Shown: positions 1-10,543, numbered from the stretch's first letter. The stretch is DNA of 64,000 nt from Deltaproteobacteria bacterium (GCA_016933215.1 JAFGBH010000096.1:17788-81787); one strand, 5' to 3'. Notes: generated from the sequence alone by a model not told the origin. Numbers and translations are program-made.

Positions 1-778
1 CTCTCCTTATAATGTCGAGATAGACCAGTGCCGGCTTCACCATGATAATATCGGCACCTTCCTCGACATCGAGGGTAATTTCTCTCATCGCCTCATCACT
101 GTTGGGAGGATCCATCTGGTAGGTTGTTCTGTCACCGAACTGGGGCGCACCCTCTGCAGCCTCACGAAAGGGACCGTAGAAAGAAGAGGCGTACTTCGCA
201 GAATAGGCCATGATCGGCAGATCATCAAATCCGTCTTCATCGAGGGCATCCCGTATCGCAAGAACCTGACCATCCATCATTGCCGAAGGCGCAACCATAT
301 CGGCGCCCGCCTCGGCATGGGATACGGCAGTTTCCGCAAGGATTTCCAGTGTCGAATCGTTATCAACGTGATCACCATCGAGAAGCCCGCAGTGTCCGTG
401 GCTTGTATACTCACAGAGGCAGACATCCGTAATGACGAGAATATCGGGAACTGCATCCTTTATCTCCCGCACCGCCCGCTGAATGATTCCTCCCCTGTCA
501 TAGGCACCGGACCCCTCTTCATCCTTCTTTTCAGGAATTCCAAAGAGAAGCACAGCAGGTATGCCCAGATCTTTCGTTATTTTTACTTCCTTTACCAGAT
601 AATCGAGAGACATCTGAAAATTCCCGGGCATGGAGTCAATCGGCTTTTTGAGCTTCTTTCCGGCGGTCACAAAAAGAGGATAGACGAGGTCATCGACGGA
701 GAGACTCGTCTCCCTGATCATTCTTCTGAAATTTTCGTTCTTTCTTAATCTTCTGGGTCGGTACTCAGGGTAATTCAT
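1..778 (-). CDS. hemB: Porphobilinogen synthase (delta-aminolevulinate dehydratase), C-terminus cut by window edge
   Basis: Absent from the ORF track because it runs off the edge. My minus-strand translation from the ATG at 778 gives [37 protein letters not shown]... It contains the Cys-rich Zn motif [14 protein letters not shown] and the active-site region IIMVKPAL typical of HemB. Confidence 0.9.
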   Translation of the reverse strand, partial: MNYPEYRPRRLRKNENFRRMIRETSLSVDDLVYPLFVTAGKKLKKPIDSMPGNFQMSLDYLVKEVKITKDLGIPAVLLFGIPEKKDEEGSGAYDRGGIIQRAVREIKDAVPDILVITDVCLCEYTSHGHCGLLDGDHVDNDSTLEILAETAVSHAEAGADMVAPSAMMDGQVLAIRDALDEDGFDDLPIMAYSAKYASSFYGPFREAAEGAPQFGDRTTYQMDPPNSDEAMREITLDVEEGADIIMVKPALVYLDIIRR

Positions 779-807
779 GTGACAACTCCTTCTCGTCCGC
801 CTTTCGA

Positions 808-887
808 GCTGAATTGAACAGCGAGCGAATATAAAATAAAAATTTTTCCTTAATCCCGACGAGTCGGGATTGCGGGGAGCTTCAATG
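808..887 (-). repeat. Intergenic repeat element, copy A (contains hairpin AATCCCGAC-gag-GTCGGGATT)
   Basis: The reverse complement aligns by eye with 48255-48364. Shared blocks are GAAGCTCCCC, AATCCC..GGGATTAAGGAAAAA, ATTCGCTCGCT and GTTCA(A/G)TTC. Confidence 0.55.
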
Positions 888-888
888 T

Positions 889-2076
889 TCAACCCGAATT
901 TTTTATCTCTTCGTCCGTCAAATAGCATGCCGGATCGGGGCCCCAGATGTCGCCGGTAACAGACTCTCCCCGCGCCCTGAAATTTCCGCCACAAACGTCG
1001 AGCCACTGACAATCGACACATCGTCCCGTAACGTGGGCCTTCTTATTCTTCAATTGAGCCATCAGTTCATTGGAGGTATCCTGCCATATTTCGCTGAAGG
1101 AACGCTTTCGAATATTGCCGAAGGATATATTCCTCCAGAACTGGTCGGCATGGACCTCGCCATCCCAGCTCACACAGCCGATCCCCCGGCCCGAATTGTT
1201 CCCCTCATTCATTTGGAGAAGCCGTAACACTTCTCCGGCACGCTCCGGGTCCTCCCTCAGGAGTCGCATGTAAAGATAGGGGCCATCTGCATGGTTGTCC
1301 ACGGTGAGAACCTCTTTCCCAAATCCCCTGTCGAAGAGATCTTTCGTCCTGTCCATGATGAGATCGACCACTTTTTTCGTCTCTTCATGGGAAAGATCCT
1401 CTTCCATAAGCGCTGAACCGCGCCCCGAATAGACCAGGTGATAAAAACAGACCCGGGGGATATCTTCCCACTCCACAAGATCAAAAACGGCGGGAATCTC
1501 GCCTGCATTCTTCCGCGTTATGGTAAAGCGGAGTCCTACCTTAATCCCCTTCGCCTTACAGTTTTTTATTCCCCTCATGGCCGCATCAAATGCACCGGGA
1601 ACGCCCCTGAACTGATCGTTAATTTTCCCTATTCCGTCAAGACTCACACCGACATAGGAAAGTCCTATCTCGCTGAATATCTCGGCCTTTTCCTCGGTAA
1701 TCAGCGTACCGTTGGTAGAAATCACCGCCCTCATTCCCCTGTCGACGGCAAACTGCACAAGCTCCGGCAGGTCGGCTCTCATGAGGGGTTCACCGCCGGA
1801 AAAGAGAAGAACAGGAGAGCCAAACTCGGCAAGATCCGATATCAAAGCCTTTCCTTCTTCGGTGGTCAACTCGTCATCGTAATGGATATTCTGAGAGCTG
1901 GAGTAACAGTGAATGCATTTCAGGTTACATCGCCTCGTCACATTCCAGACCACGACAGGTCGTTTATCCTTTGAAAATTGCAAGAGGTGCGAGGGAAGTT
2001 TCCCCGACTCGGCACCGTAGCGAAGCACGTCTGAGGGCTCAACCCCTCCACAGTATAATTTAGAAATTCCTATCAT
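889..2076 (-). CDS. Radical SAM/SPASM protein of the AhbC/AhbD (NirJ-like) family, siroheme-dependent heme biosynthesis
   Basis: 395-aa ORF with a CxxxCxxC motif ([11 protein letters not shown]) and a C-terminal Cys cluster ([12 protein letters not shown]...ACYL). The N-terminus [17 protein letters not shown] is NirJ/Ahb-like. It overlaps cobA-hemD by 4 bp. AhbC and AhbD cannot be separated by eye. Confidence 0.75.
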   Translation of the reverse strand: MIGISKLYCGGVEPSDVLRYGAESGKLPSHLLQFSKDKRPVVVWNVTRRCNLKCIHCYSSSQNIHYDDELTTEEGKALISDLAEFGSPVLLFSGGEPLMRADLPELVQFAVDRGMRAVISTNGTLITEEKAEIFSEIGLSYVGVSLDGIGKINDQFRGVPGAFDAAMRGIKNCKAKGIKVGLRFTITRKNAGEIPAVFDLVEWEDIPRVCFYHLVYSGRGSALMEEDLSHEETKKVVDLIMDRTKDLFDRGFGKEVLTVDNHADGPYLYMRLLREDPERAGEVLRLLQMNEGNNSGRGIGCVSWDGEVHADQFWRNISFGNIRKRSFSEIWQDTSNELMAQLKNKKAHVTGRCVDCQWLDVCGGNFRARGESVTGDIWGPDPACYLTDEEIKNSG

Positions 2077-3611
2077 TGTCTCTTCTCAAACCACTCTTTC
2101 ATTGCAGAAACGAGACCCGTTATCTCATAAGGGCCCTGAACTATATCCACCCTGAGGCCGGCCTTTTGTGCCGCCTTTTCGGTAACCGGCCCGATACAGG
2201 CAATCCTGATATTTTCGGGAAGATTTAAACCTTCCCCCATTATTGTCATAAAATTATTCACCGTCGAGGGACTTGTAAAGGTAATCACCTCAACTTTTCC
2301 CTCTTCAATGAGTTGTTCAAGCTCCTTCCCGTCTCTTCCGGAACTCACCGTCCGGTATGCAACCGCAACATCAATCCTGGCACCCAGTTTTTTCAGGCTC
2401 TCGGGTATCACATCACGGGCAACCTCGGCCCTCGGAAGGAGAACCCTTGCACCCTCCATATCCTGCCCTTTCAGTGCCGCAACGACACCCTCGGAAATGA
2501 ATTCTTCGGGCACGATATCCACGGGAATTCCACGTTTTTCTATGGCCGCTTGCGTGGCCGGACCGATCGTACAGATTTTTATTCCTTTAAGATCACGCAC
2601 ATCTTTCCCCGCCACGTTGAGGCGATCGAAGAAAAATCTGACGCCGTTGGCGCTGGTGAAGATGATCCAGTCGTAATCTTCGATTCGTTCCAGAGCACGG
2701 TCGAGATCGTCAAAACTCTTGGGCGGGACTATTTCAATCGTAGGAAAATGTATGACACGAACCCCTTCCTCGGAAAGGAGGGAAGCGAGTTCCCCGGATT
2801 GTTTCTCCGGTCTCGTAACAACAATTCCCCTTCCGAAAAGGGGTTTCGTTTCAAACCAGTTCAATTTCTCTCTCAGCCTTGCTACCTCACCCACAACGAA
2901 TATGGCTGGCGGGGTCATCTTTTTTTCTTCCGCCAGATCCGGTATATCACCGAGCGCTCCCGAGAGGGTAAACTGATCGTGTGTCGTTCCCCATCTGATT
3001 ATGGCAGCCGGCGTATCGGGACTTCTTCCGTTTTCCAGAAGACTCTCGACGATCTGCGGCAGGTTCTTGACCCCCATCAGAAAGACAAGGGTTTCTATCC
3101 CTGAGAGTTTCTCCCAGTCAATCCTGCTTTCATCTTTTTTCGGGTCTTCGTGGCCTGTAACAAAGGCAACGGTGGAGGTATGCTCACGATGGGTGAGCGG
3201 TATCCCGGCATAGGCGGGAACGGAAATGGCGGATGTGACTCCCGGTACTATCTCAAAAGGAATTCCCGCCTCGAAGAGGAACTCCGCCTCCTCTCCACCC
3301 CTTCCAAATATGAAGGGATCTCCCCCCTTCAGCCTAGCAACGGTATTGCCCTCCGAGGCCTCTCGTACCAGAATCCGGTTGATTTCATCCTGAACTACGG
3401 TATGATGACCGCCCTTTTTCCCAACATAGACGAGGCGTGCATCGGCTCGCGCATAACCGAGGATACCAGGAGCAACAAGGTAGTCATAGACTATAACATC
3501 CGATTTTTCGAGACACCTCACCGCCTTCACGGTCAGAAGCCCCGGGTCACCGGGGCCAGCACCTATAATATAGACCTTCCCTTTTTGCTTCATATCAGCA
3601 AAGTTCCCCAT
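2073..3611 (-). CDS. cobA-hemD: Fused uroporphyrinogen-III C-methyltransferase / uroporphyrinogen-III synthase
   Basis: 512 aa. The N-terminal SUMT motif is VYIIGAGPGDPGLLTVKAVRCLEKSDVIVYDYLV. The C-terminal half (from about residue 255) is HemD-like (GRGIVVTRP...IIFTSANGV). Confidence 0.9.
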   Translation of the reverse strand: MGNFADMKQKGKVYIIGAGPGDPGLLTVKAVRCLEKSDVIVYDYLVAPGILGYARADARLVYVGKKGGHHTVVQDEINRILVREASEGNTVARLKGGDPFIFGRGGEEAEFLFEAGIPFEIVPGVTSAISVPAYAGIPLTHREHTSTVAFVTGHEDPKKDESRIDWEKLSGIETLVFLMGVKNLPQIVESLLENGRSPDTPAAIIRWGTTHDQFTLSGALGDIPDLAEEKKMTPPAIFVVGEVARLREKLNWFETKPLFGRGIVVTRPEKQSGELASLLSEEGVRVIHFPTIEIVPPKSFDDLDRALERIEDYDWIIFTSANGVRFFFDRLNVAGKDVRDLKGIKICTIGPATQAAIEKRGIPVDIVPEEFISEGVVAALKGQDMEGARVLLPRAEVARDVIPESLKKLGARIDVAVAYRTVSSGRDGKELEQLIEEGKVEVITFTSPSTVNNFMTIMGEGLNLPENIRIACIGPVTEKAAQKAGLRVDIVQGPYEITGLVSAMKEWFEKRQ

Positions 3612-4557
3612 AGACCGAATCCAATACTGCCCTGCCTCCCCTGGAGAGGATAGTTTCAGCCAGGGAATTCCCCAACTCCTCCCCGTCTTCGATTGCTCCC
3701 CTTACCTCATCTTCTATAACGATTTTGCCGTCGATACTCCCCACGAGCCCTTTGAGAATCAGTATGTCTCCCCGCTTTCTTCCGATACATGCTATCGGCA
3801 CCTGACACCCCCCACCGAGAGTCCTGAGAAAGGCCCGTTCGGCCGATACCTCGGTAAAGGTTTCTCCGTGATTTAAAAAGGAAACCATCTCCCTTATTTC
3901 ATCATCATCTTTTCTCACCTCGATACAGAGCACACCCTGCCCTGCCGAAGGGAGCATCGTTTCAACCGGGATATACTGCGACACCTTCGTCGCCCACCCC
4001 ATTCTCTTCATCCCTGCGGCCGCGGCAATAATTCCCTCAAGACCCTCCGTTTCTATCTTCTTTATCCTGGTCCCGAGATTTCCCCGTATGGGAACTACCT
4101 CGATATCGGGGAGAAAATTCAGGAGCTGCATCCTCCTCCTGAGAGAACCCGTACCTATCCTCGCCCCCTTGGGAAGCTCCTCCATCTTCATGTTATATTT
4201 CGATATCAAGACGTCTCTCGGGTCCTCCCTCTCGGGAACCGCTGTAATCGCAAGCTCGTCGGGAAGCTCAACGGGAACGTCTTTCATGCTATGTACAGCA
4301 ATTCGTATCTCTTTTTGCAGAAGGGCCTCTTCTATCTCCTTTACGAAGACACCTTTCCCCCCTATTTTGACCAGGGAGATATTCTGCATTCTGTCGCCCC
4401 TTGTCTTTATGGGAACGATCTCGAGGGAGATGTCTCGATATTTGCCTTTAATCTTCTCGGCGATACAACGTGCCTGAACCAGCGCAAGTTCGCTTCCCCT
4501 GGTTCCAATCCTTATCGTTTCGATGCGAATGCCTCCAAACTTTATCGGTTTTTCCAC
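3595..4557 (-). CDS. hemC: Hydroxymethylbilane synthase (porphobilinogen deaminase)
   Basis: 320 aa. It has the IRIGTRGSELALVQA motif and RGNLGTRIKK. It lies in the heme cluster. Confidence 0.92.
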   Translation of the reverse strand: MEKPIKFGGIRIETIRIGTRGSELALVQARCIAEKIKGKYRDISLEIVPIKTRGDRMQNISLVKIGGKGVFVKEIEEALLQKEIRIAVHSMKDVPVELPDELAITAVPEREDPRDVLISKYNMKMEELPKGARIGTGSLRRRMQLLNFLPDIEVVPIRGNLGTRIKKIETEGLEGIIAAAAGMKRMGWATKVSQYIPVETMLPSAGQGVLCIEVRKDDDEIREMVSFLNHGETFTEVSAERAFLRTLGGGCQVPIACIGRKRGDILILKGLVGSIDGKIVIEDEVRGAIEDGEELGNSLAETILSRGGRAVLDSVYGELC

Positions 4558-4754
4558 ATGACAGGCTCGATTTCCCGTCTCGCCCCCGAAAGCTATCCCA
4601 TTTACTGCATAATTTCAACATCAACTTACAGGCACTTTTAAAAGCTTCCTGATTTCACAGGGGAAAAGATCCCCTATATAATCTCTGTCACTTATGATAT
4701 CATTTATAACATTACAGAAGATCGTTCGTTTCTTCGTTCGGCAGAGGGGGGGTC

Positions 4755-6083
4755 ATGGTCGAAAAAGTCATTATCATGGGGGCGGCCGGCCGGGATTTTC
4801 ACAACTTCAATGTCTACTTCAGGAACAATCCCCGCTATGAGGTGGTTGCCTTTACGGCAGCCCAGATACCGAATATCGAAGAGCGTCTCTATCCTCCCGA
4901 ACTTGCAGGAAACCAATATCCTGAAGGAATTCCCATATATCCCGAAGCCGACCTGCCCGATCTCATCAAAAGATTTACAACAGATCTGGTGGTCTTTTCA
5001 TACAGCGATGTCCCCCACACCGAGGTCATGCACAAGGCCTCTCTCGCCATGGCTCACGGCGCCGATTTCATCATTATCGGTGCGTTCTACACCATGCTGA
5101 AGGCACAAAGACCGGTTATAGCCGTATGCGCGGTACGAACGGGCTGCGGCAAGTCACAGACAACGAGAAAGGTCTGTTCCATTTTAAGGAATCTCAACAA
5201 AAAAGTCGTGGTGGTTCGCCACCCCATGCCTTACGGAGATTTGAGAGTTCAGGAAGTTCAGCGTTTTTCATCTTACGATGACTTCGAACGGCACAAGTGT
5301 ACCATCGAAGAGCTGGAAGAATACGAACCCCTCGTTGATCAGAAGATCGTCGTCTATGCCGGTGTCGATTACGAAAAGATTCTGAGGGAGGCGGAAAGGG
5401 AAGCAGACATCATTGTATGGGACGGGGGAAATAACGACACGCCCTTCTACCGGCCCGATATACACATCGTTCTTTTCGATCCCCATCGTGCAGGTCACGA
5501 ATTATCATACTTTCCCGGTGAAACGAATATGCGCATGGCCGATATCGCAATCATCAACAAGGTGGACACGGCATCACTTGCGCAGGTGGAACAGGTGAGA
5601 AAAAATATAGAGCTTCACAATGCAAAGGCCGAAATCGTTCTCGCCGAATCACCGGTCATTGTGAGCAGACCCGAGCGCATAAAGGGAAAACGGGTTCTCG
5701 TGGTTGAAGACGGCCCCACCCTTACCCACGGCGAGATGCCCTATGGTGCAGGCGTTATTGCGGCAAAGGAATTTCATGCCGCCGAGATCGTCGATCCGAG
5801 GCCATACGCTGAGGGTACCATTCATGAAACCTACCTTCGCTATCCCCACACCGGAGCTGTCCTCCCCGCAATGGGATACAGTGCCGATCAGATACGGGAC
5901 CTTGAGACTACCATTAACAGGGCTGACTGTGATCTTGTCCTTTTTGCCACACCGATTCATCTTACCCGAATTGTCTCAATCGAAAAGCCGGCCATTCGCG
6001 TACGGTATGAATATCAGGATCATGGAAGTCCCGCACTGGAGGAGATACTTATCGAAAGATTGAATTTACAACAACTACACTGA
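4755..6083 (+). CDS. COG2403-type P-loop protein (annotated in databases as cyclic 2,3-diphosphoglycerate synthetase-like / predicted GTPase)
   Basis: 442 aa. The N-terminus is MVEKVIIMGAAGRDFHNFNVYFRNNP and there is a P-loop-like AVRTGCGKSQTT. The family assignment is from memory; the bacterial function is unknown. Confidence 0.6.
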   Translation: MVEKVIIMGAAGRDFHNFNVYFRNNPRYEVVAFTAAQIPNIEERLYPPELAGNQYPEGIPIYPEADLPDLIKRFTTDLVVFSYSDVPHTEVMHKASLAMAHGADFIIIGAFYTMLKAQRPVIAVCAVRTGCGKSQTTRKVCSILRNLNKKVVVVRHPMPYGDLRVQEVQRFSSYDDFERHKCTIEELEEYEPLVDQKIVVYAGVDYEKILREAEREADIIVWDGGNNDTPFYRPDIHIVLFDPHRAGHELSYFPGETNMRMADIAIINKVDTASLAQVEQVRKNIELHNAKAEIVLAESPVIVSRPERIKGKRVLVVEDGPTLTHGEMPYGAGVIAAKEFHAAEIVDPRPYAEGTIHETYLRYPHTGAVLPAMGYSADQIRDLETTINRADCDLVLFATPIHLTRIVSIEKPAIRVRYEYQDHGSPALEEILIERLNLQQLH

Positions 6084-6101
6084 TAGCCTGCGGAAAAGAG
6101 G

Positions 6102-7040
6102 ATGGAAAAGGAAAAGAGGGAAATCCTGCTCGTCGCCCTCGGCGGCAATGCGCTTATCAAAAAGGGTCAAGCCGGTACCGTCGAAGAGCAATTCGAAAAC
6201 CTGAGGGTCCCTATAAGCCAGATCGCGCGACTCTCAAAAAGGTACCGCCTTATTATCACCCACGGAAACGGTCCCCAGGTGGGAAACCTGCTTCTGAAAC
6301 AGGAGTCCTGCGACAGGGTTCCAAAATTGCCGCTGGAGATCCTCGTCGCACAGACACAGGGTCAGATCGGATATATGATTGAGTCCACCCTGGACAGCGA
6401 GATCATGAAACAGAGAATCACTCCTCAGAGACCCCTGGTGAGTCTCATCAGCTATGTGGTGGTGGATGAAAAGGGACCTGCCTTTCGAAATCCCACAAAA
6501 CCAATCGGTCCGATCCTGACTGAAGATGAGGCAATCGCTCTTCCCCATCCTACCATCAAGACAAAAAAGGGATACCGTCGCGCCGTTGCCTCACCCAAGC
6601 CAATCACGATCGTGGAAAAAAGAGAAATCTCAAAGCTCATCGACATGGATTTTATCGTCGTCTGCTGCGGAGGTGGGGGAATCCCTGTCATACGCGAAGG
6701 CCGCTCCTTCTATGGTGTTGACGCCGTGATCGATAAAGACCTTGCAAGCGCAAAACTTGCGAAGGAGGTAAATGTTGACATCTTTCTGATCGCAACGGAC
6801 GTGAGGGGCATCTTTCTGAATTACGACAGGCCCGACCAGAAATATCTGAACACTATAACCGTTACGGAGGCGTCCAGATATCTCAACGAGGGGCATTTCC
6901 CCGAAGGTTCAATGGGTCCGAAGATCGAAGCCGCCATCGAGTTTCTGGAAGGAGGGGGAAAGAGGTCAATTATCACCTCGATTGCAACAATCGAAGACGC
7001 CATTGAGGGAAAGGGAGGTACTGAGATAATACGGGGATAA
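6102..7040 (+). CDS. arcC: Carbamate kinase
   Basis: 312 aa. It has LVALGGNAL, ITHGNGPQVGNLLL and a CCGGGGIPV motif, characteristic of the carbamate kinase family. Confidence 0.88.
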   Translation: MEKEKREILLVALGGNALIKKGQAGTVEEQFENLRVPISQIARLSKRYRLIITHGNGPQVGNLLLKQESCDRVPKLPLEILVAQTQGQIGYMIESTLDSEIMKQRITPQRPLVSLISYVVVDEKGPAFRNPTKPIGPILTEDEAIALPHPTIKTKKGYRRAVASPKPITIVEKREISKLIDMDFIVVCCGGGGIPVIREGRSFYGVDAVIDKDLASAKLAKEVNVDIFLIATDVRGIFLNYDRPDQKYLNTITVTEASRYLNEGHFPEGSMGPKIEAAIEFLEGGGKRSIITSIATIEDAIEGKGGTEIIRG

Positions 7041-7053
7041 GAGATGTAAAATC

Positions 7054-8157
7054 TTATTTCAGTCGCTTTCGTAATCCCCTCTCAACAGTCACAACGAAAT
7101 CCTGAACATTCGTGAGGATGGATCGTGCCGTAAGGGAACCGCGGTTTGCAAGCTTGTTCACGGCAAATTCAGACATATCGACGGTATAGAAATAGACAGG
7201 CCTCACCAGACCGTTTTGTTCCACTTTATAGGAGGGGACCATGTTTCCCGTGGCAATTGCGTGAAGCTGCGTGGCCATTGCAATAACGGTGGTTGCCCGC
7301 CTTGTTATGTTTCTCATTGCGTCCTGCGCTTCATAGACATCGGCGATAACCTCGGGAAGGGGTCCGTCATCTCTGATGGAACCGGCAAGAACAAAGGGAA
7401 CACTTTTCATTATCGCCGCCCGCATAATCCCGTCTCTAACAAGACCTTTATCAATTGCTTTTTTTATCGATCCGATACCCCGTATTCTTATTATCGCATC
7501 GAGATGATTGTAGTGGCCGAGTCTCACCGTTTGCTTCGAGTATATGTCCTGCCCGAGACCCGTTGCAAAAAAGGCAGCCTCCATATCATGGGTTGCGAGG
7601 GCGTTCCCCGCGAGAAGGGCATGAACATACCCTCCTTGTATCAGTTCCGCAAAGGCATTTCGTGCATCGCGGTCAAAGACAACGGCAGGCCCCAGCACCC
7701 AAACGATGAACCCTCGTTTTCTTTCAAACTCCAGAAGGTCATAAAGCTCATCGTAATCGATGGAAAAGGCCGTTTCCCTTGTTATTCTTGAGCGGAAGGC
7801 AAATTTCTCCGATGCATGTTCCGGAAAGTCAAAGGCCTTCGTATGGACAAATATCCCGTCCTCTCCGTTTTCGCCCCTCCCGCATGCGACGAAATCACCC
7901 GGTTTAAGATGACGAAATTCCTTCACGTGGAGAGAGTCTCCTCCTGTCCTCGCCACAACGCAGTCCATCCGGGAATCATCAAGAAGACGCCAGTCCCCCT
8001 TCTCTACATGAAAGTACTCCGGATATACCGATGTGGCATGATAATTTTCGGGTGCCACACCCTCTTTTTCGACCTTTTTGAACGTCACAAGAGGCGCGTC
8101 AAGAAATTCGGGCCGCTTGAAATCGGGGATTTTATACTCGGGAAGGGTGAATGACAT
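7054..8157 (-). CDS. TIGR00300 / LOR-SDH-domain family protein, putative archaeal-type ornithine cyclodeaminase
   Basis: The ORF runs 7054..8172, but the ATG at 8157 preceded by GAGGTG is the likelier start. The sequence (MSFTLPEYKIPDFKRPEF...) recalls the TIGR00300 family, which includes the OCD domain of cyanobacterial ArgZ/AgrE. This was not searched. Confidence 0.55.
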   Translation of the reverse strand: MSFTLPEYKIPDFKRPEFLDAPLVTFKKVEKEGVAPENYHATSVYPEYFHVEKGDWRLLDDSRMDCVVARTGGDSLHVKEFRHLKPGDFVACGRGENGEDGIFVHTKAFDFPEHASEKFAFRSRITRETAFSIDYDELYDLLEFERKRGFIVWVLGPAVVFDRDARNAFAELIQGGYVHALLAGNALATHDMEAAFFATGLGQDIYSKQTVRLGHYNHLDAIIRIRGIGSIKKAIDKGLVRDGIMRAAIMKSVPFVLAGSIRDDGPLPEVIADVYEAQDAMRNITRRATTVIAMATQLHAIATGNMVPSYKVEQNGLVRPVYFYTVDMSEFAVNKLANRGSLTARSILTNVQDFVVTVERGLRKRLK

Positions 8158-8180
8158 TTTTACACCTCGCAAAGCTTCTC

Positions 8181-8351
8181 GAGCATCAAAACCTTTGAGC
8201 GATCATTAGGATGTTTTTTGCAAATAAATCCTGGCGAAGCGGAAGAAGAGCGATTCCAATTGTCCGAACCCAAGGGCGAGTTTTGGAATCGCCTGTAGCA
8301 AGCCTTTGATTTATCAAAAAGCATCTGAGATGCGCGAAAAGGTGTTGCTGC
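8181..8351. repeat. Long imperfect palindrome (about 170 nt hairpin) in the hemA / TIGR00300-gene spacer
   Basis: The left arm 8181-8259 pairs with the reverse complement of 8283-8351. The innermost 10 bp are GCGATTCCAA / TTGGAATCGC, followed outward by GATAAATC, CATC..ATG and AAAGG blocks. The loop is 8260-8282. Confidence 0.5.
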
Positions 8352-8425
8352 TACGGTTCATCAACGTAAACGAGAAAAAAGTTATTGTTATATAAAAAAT
8401 GCCGTTAAATCAAACGGTACATCTG

Positions 8426-9688
8426 CTAATCCAGTTTGAAGAGTTTCTTGATGACCGCCACATAAGGATTGGCTCCGCCATTTTCACTTTCCTCTTTGAG
8501 ACCCGTTACCGGATCATGCAATATCTTGTTTATGATGGAATTGACGAGGATCTCCACATTTTCCCTCTCCCCTTCATCGAGATTTTTCATCCACGAACCG
8601 GCCCTCATCATCTCGCCCTTTATAATACTCTCCACTTTGCCCCTGAGATCGACAATCGTCGGGACAACCTGCAGGCGCTTGAGCCATCTGGAGAATTCTG
8701 CCACCTCTTCATCAATGATCGTCTCCGCTTTCTCCGCCTCATTGATGCGATTCTTCATGTTATCGTCCACAACACTCTGGAGATTGTCTATATTGTAGAG
8801 GTAGACATTGTCTGTCTTTCCGAGGGCAGGATCGACATCCCTGGGAACGGCAATATCAATGATAAAAAGGAGGCGGTTTTTTCGGCGTCTGAGGGCCGCG
8901 GCAACCATTTTTTCATCGATGATATAGCCGGGAGCGCCGGTGGAACTGATAATGATATCAACATCACTCAAAGCCTCGCCGAGAAGATCAAAACTCACCG
9001 TATCGCCATGAAGGTCATTCGCCATTGTCAGAGCGCGTTCATAAGTTCTGTTGGTAAAAATCACCTTTTTTACCCCATTACCTATCAGGTGCTTTGCTGC
9101 AAGCGCTGCCATTTCCCCGGCGCCTATGACAAGAGCATTTTTCCCCCGAAGATTTCCGAATATCTTTTTCGCGAGTTCCACGGCCGTGGAGCTCACCGAA
9201 ACGGCATTGTTTGAAATGGCCGTTTCCGTCCTCACCCTCTTTGCCACCCTGAAGGCATAGTGGAGCAATTTATTCAACATGACGCCGGTAGCTTCCTGCT
9301 CCACCGACCGGCGATAGGCATCCTTGACCTGACCCAGAATCTGGGGTTCACCCATAACCATTGAATCAAGACTGGAGGCAACCCTGAAAATATGCCTGAC
9401 AGCACTGTCATTCCGGTAAATATAGAGACATCGTTCCATCTCTTCCGATGAAAGGTTTCCATGGGAGAAAACGAGGTCTTTCAAATAAGTCTCTGCCGCG
9501 GCAACATCGAAGACATGGGCCAGAACTTCAACCCTGTTGCAGGTAGAAAGGTACAACGCTTCATTGATATAAGAGATTTTTTTTATCTTTTCAAAGGTAG
9601 CCGTATCGTCATCGCAGGAAATAGAAAGTTTCTCCCGTATCTCCAACGGCGCCGTTTTATGATTCATTCCAACAAGAATTATATCCAT
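8426..9688 (-). CDS. hemA: Glutamyl-tRNA reductase
   Basis: 420 aa. It has MNHKTAPLEIREKLS, the catalytic-Cys motif LSTCNRVEV and the NADPH fold VIGAGEMA. Confidence 0.93.
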   Translation of the reverse strand: MDIILVGMNHKTAPLEIREKLSISCDDDTATFEKIKKISYINEALYLSTCNRVEVLAHVFDVAAAETYLKDLVFSHGNLSSEEMERCLYIYRNDSAVRHIFRVASSLDSMVMGEPQILGQVKDAYRRSVEQEATGVMLNKLLHYAFRVAKRVRTETAISNNAVSVSSTAVELAKKIFGNLRGKNALVIGAGEMAALAAKHLIGNGVKKVIFTNRTYERALTMANDLHGDTVSFDLLGEALSDVDIIISSTGAPGYIIDEKMVAAALRRRKNRLLFIIDIAVPRDVDPALGKTDNVYLYNIDNLQSVVDDNMKNRINEAEKAETIIDEEVAEFSRWLKRLQVVPTIVDLRGKVESIIKGEMMRAGSWMKNLDEGERENVEILVNSIINKILHDPVTGLKEESENGGANPYVAVIKKLFKLD

Positions 9689-9689
9689 C

Positions 9690-10505
9690 TCAAATAAAAT
9701 TGTGGACCGTTACAAAAAATATATTTACCCCTACAAAGGTAAAAAGGAGGATAACAAAGGCAACAATAGAGAGAACGGCGACCTTCCTCCCCTTCCAGCC
9801 TATGGCGAATCTCTGATGCAGTAAAAGGGCATAGATGATCCACGATATCAGCGTTGATACCTGTTTGGGATCCCACTGCCAGTGACTCCCCCACACGTTT
9901 CGTGCCCAGACGGAACCCGCAATAATCCCCAACGTGAGGAGAAAAAATCCCGCGACAATACAGATGTTGTTAATCCTGTCGAGTTCCCTCAGGGAAGGAA
10001 GAAGGCGACTGAAACCGTAGGCCTTCTTGTTTCTGATAAGGTCATCCTGAACAAGATACATGATGCCGGAAAGACAGGCGAGAGCAAAGAGGGCACTCCC
10101 TGTGAGGGTCAGCATCACATGGATGGGAACCCAGGACCCCATTAATATGGCGGGAATTTCAGCATCCTCCACCAACCGGGCCGACGCCGTTATCGCCATT
10201 ACAAGGACGACGGGAGAAACAAAGGCACCGAGGACTCTTGTCTTTGTCTTTACCTGAAAAATGAGATAGATTCCCGAAACCGCCCAGGCAATAAATGAAA
10301 GGGATTCAAAGAGGTTTGTAACGGGGCTGTGTCCCGTCTCAACCCATCTGAAAATAATAGAGGTGGTATGAGCCGCAAAGGCAGAAAAAAGGACCCATGT
10401 GGACACCTTCGCGACCTGCACCCTCCTCACAACAAGAGAGGTGATATACCCGAGCATGCTCAGAAAATATAATACGAGCGCTATCTTAAAGAAGAGACTG
10501 CCCAT
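9690..10505 (-). CDS. CcsA/HemX-like cytochrome c assembly family membrane protein
   Basis: 271-aa polytopic membrane protein with the Trp-rich motif WGSHWQWDPKQ typical of CcsA/CcmC heme handlers. It sits immediately downstream of hemA, as hemX does in Bacillus. Confidence 0.7.
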   Translation of the reverse strand: MGSLFFKIALVLYFLSMLGYITSLVVRRVQVAKVSTWVLFSAFAAHTTSIIFRWVETGHSPVTNLFESLSFIAWAVSGIYLIFQVKTKTRVLGAFVSPVVLVMAITASARLVEDAEIPAILMGSWVPIHVMLTLTGSALFALACLSGIMYLVQDDLIRNKKAYGFSRLLPSLRELDRINNICIVAGFFLLTLGIIAGSVWARNVWGSHWQWDPKQVSTLISWIIYALLLHQRFAIGWKGRKVAVLSIVAFVILLFTFVGVNIFFVTVHNFI

Positions 10506-10543
10506 CGTTTACCATCCCTTTACCTGCATTCGATATCATCCGA

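Noticed and set aside
8399-9214. 271-aa plus-strand ORF opposite hemA (similar long antisense ORFs at 34524-35186, 44601-45446, 40334-40987, 62484-63311 and 317-748)
   Set aside because: Each overlaps a well-supported gene on the other strand and shows no domain signature. These are common shadow ORFs.
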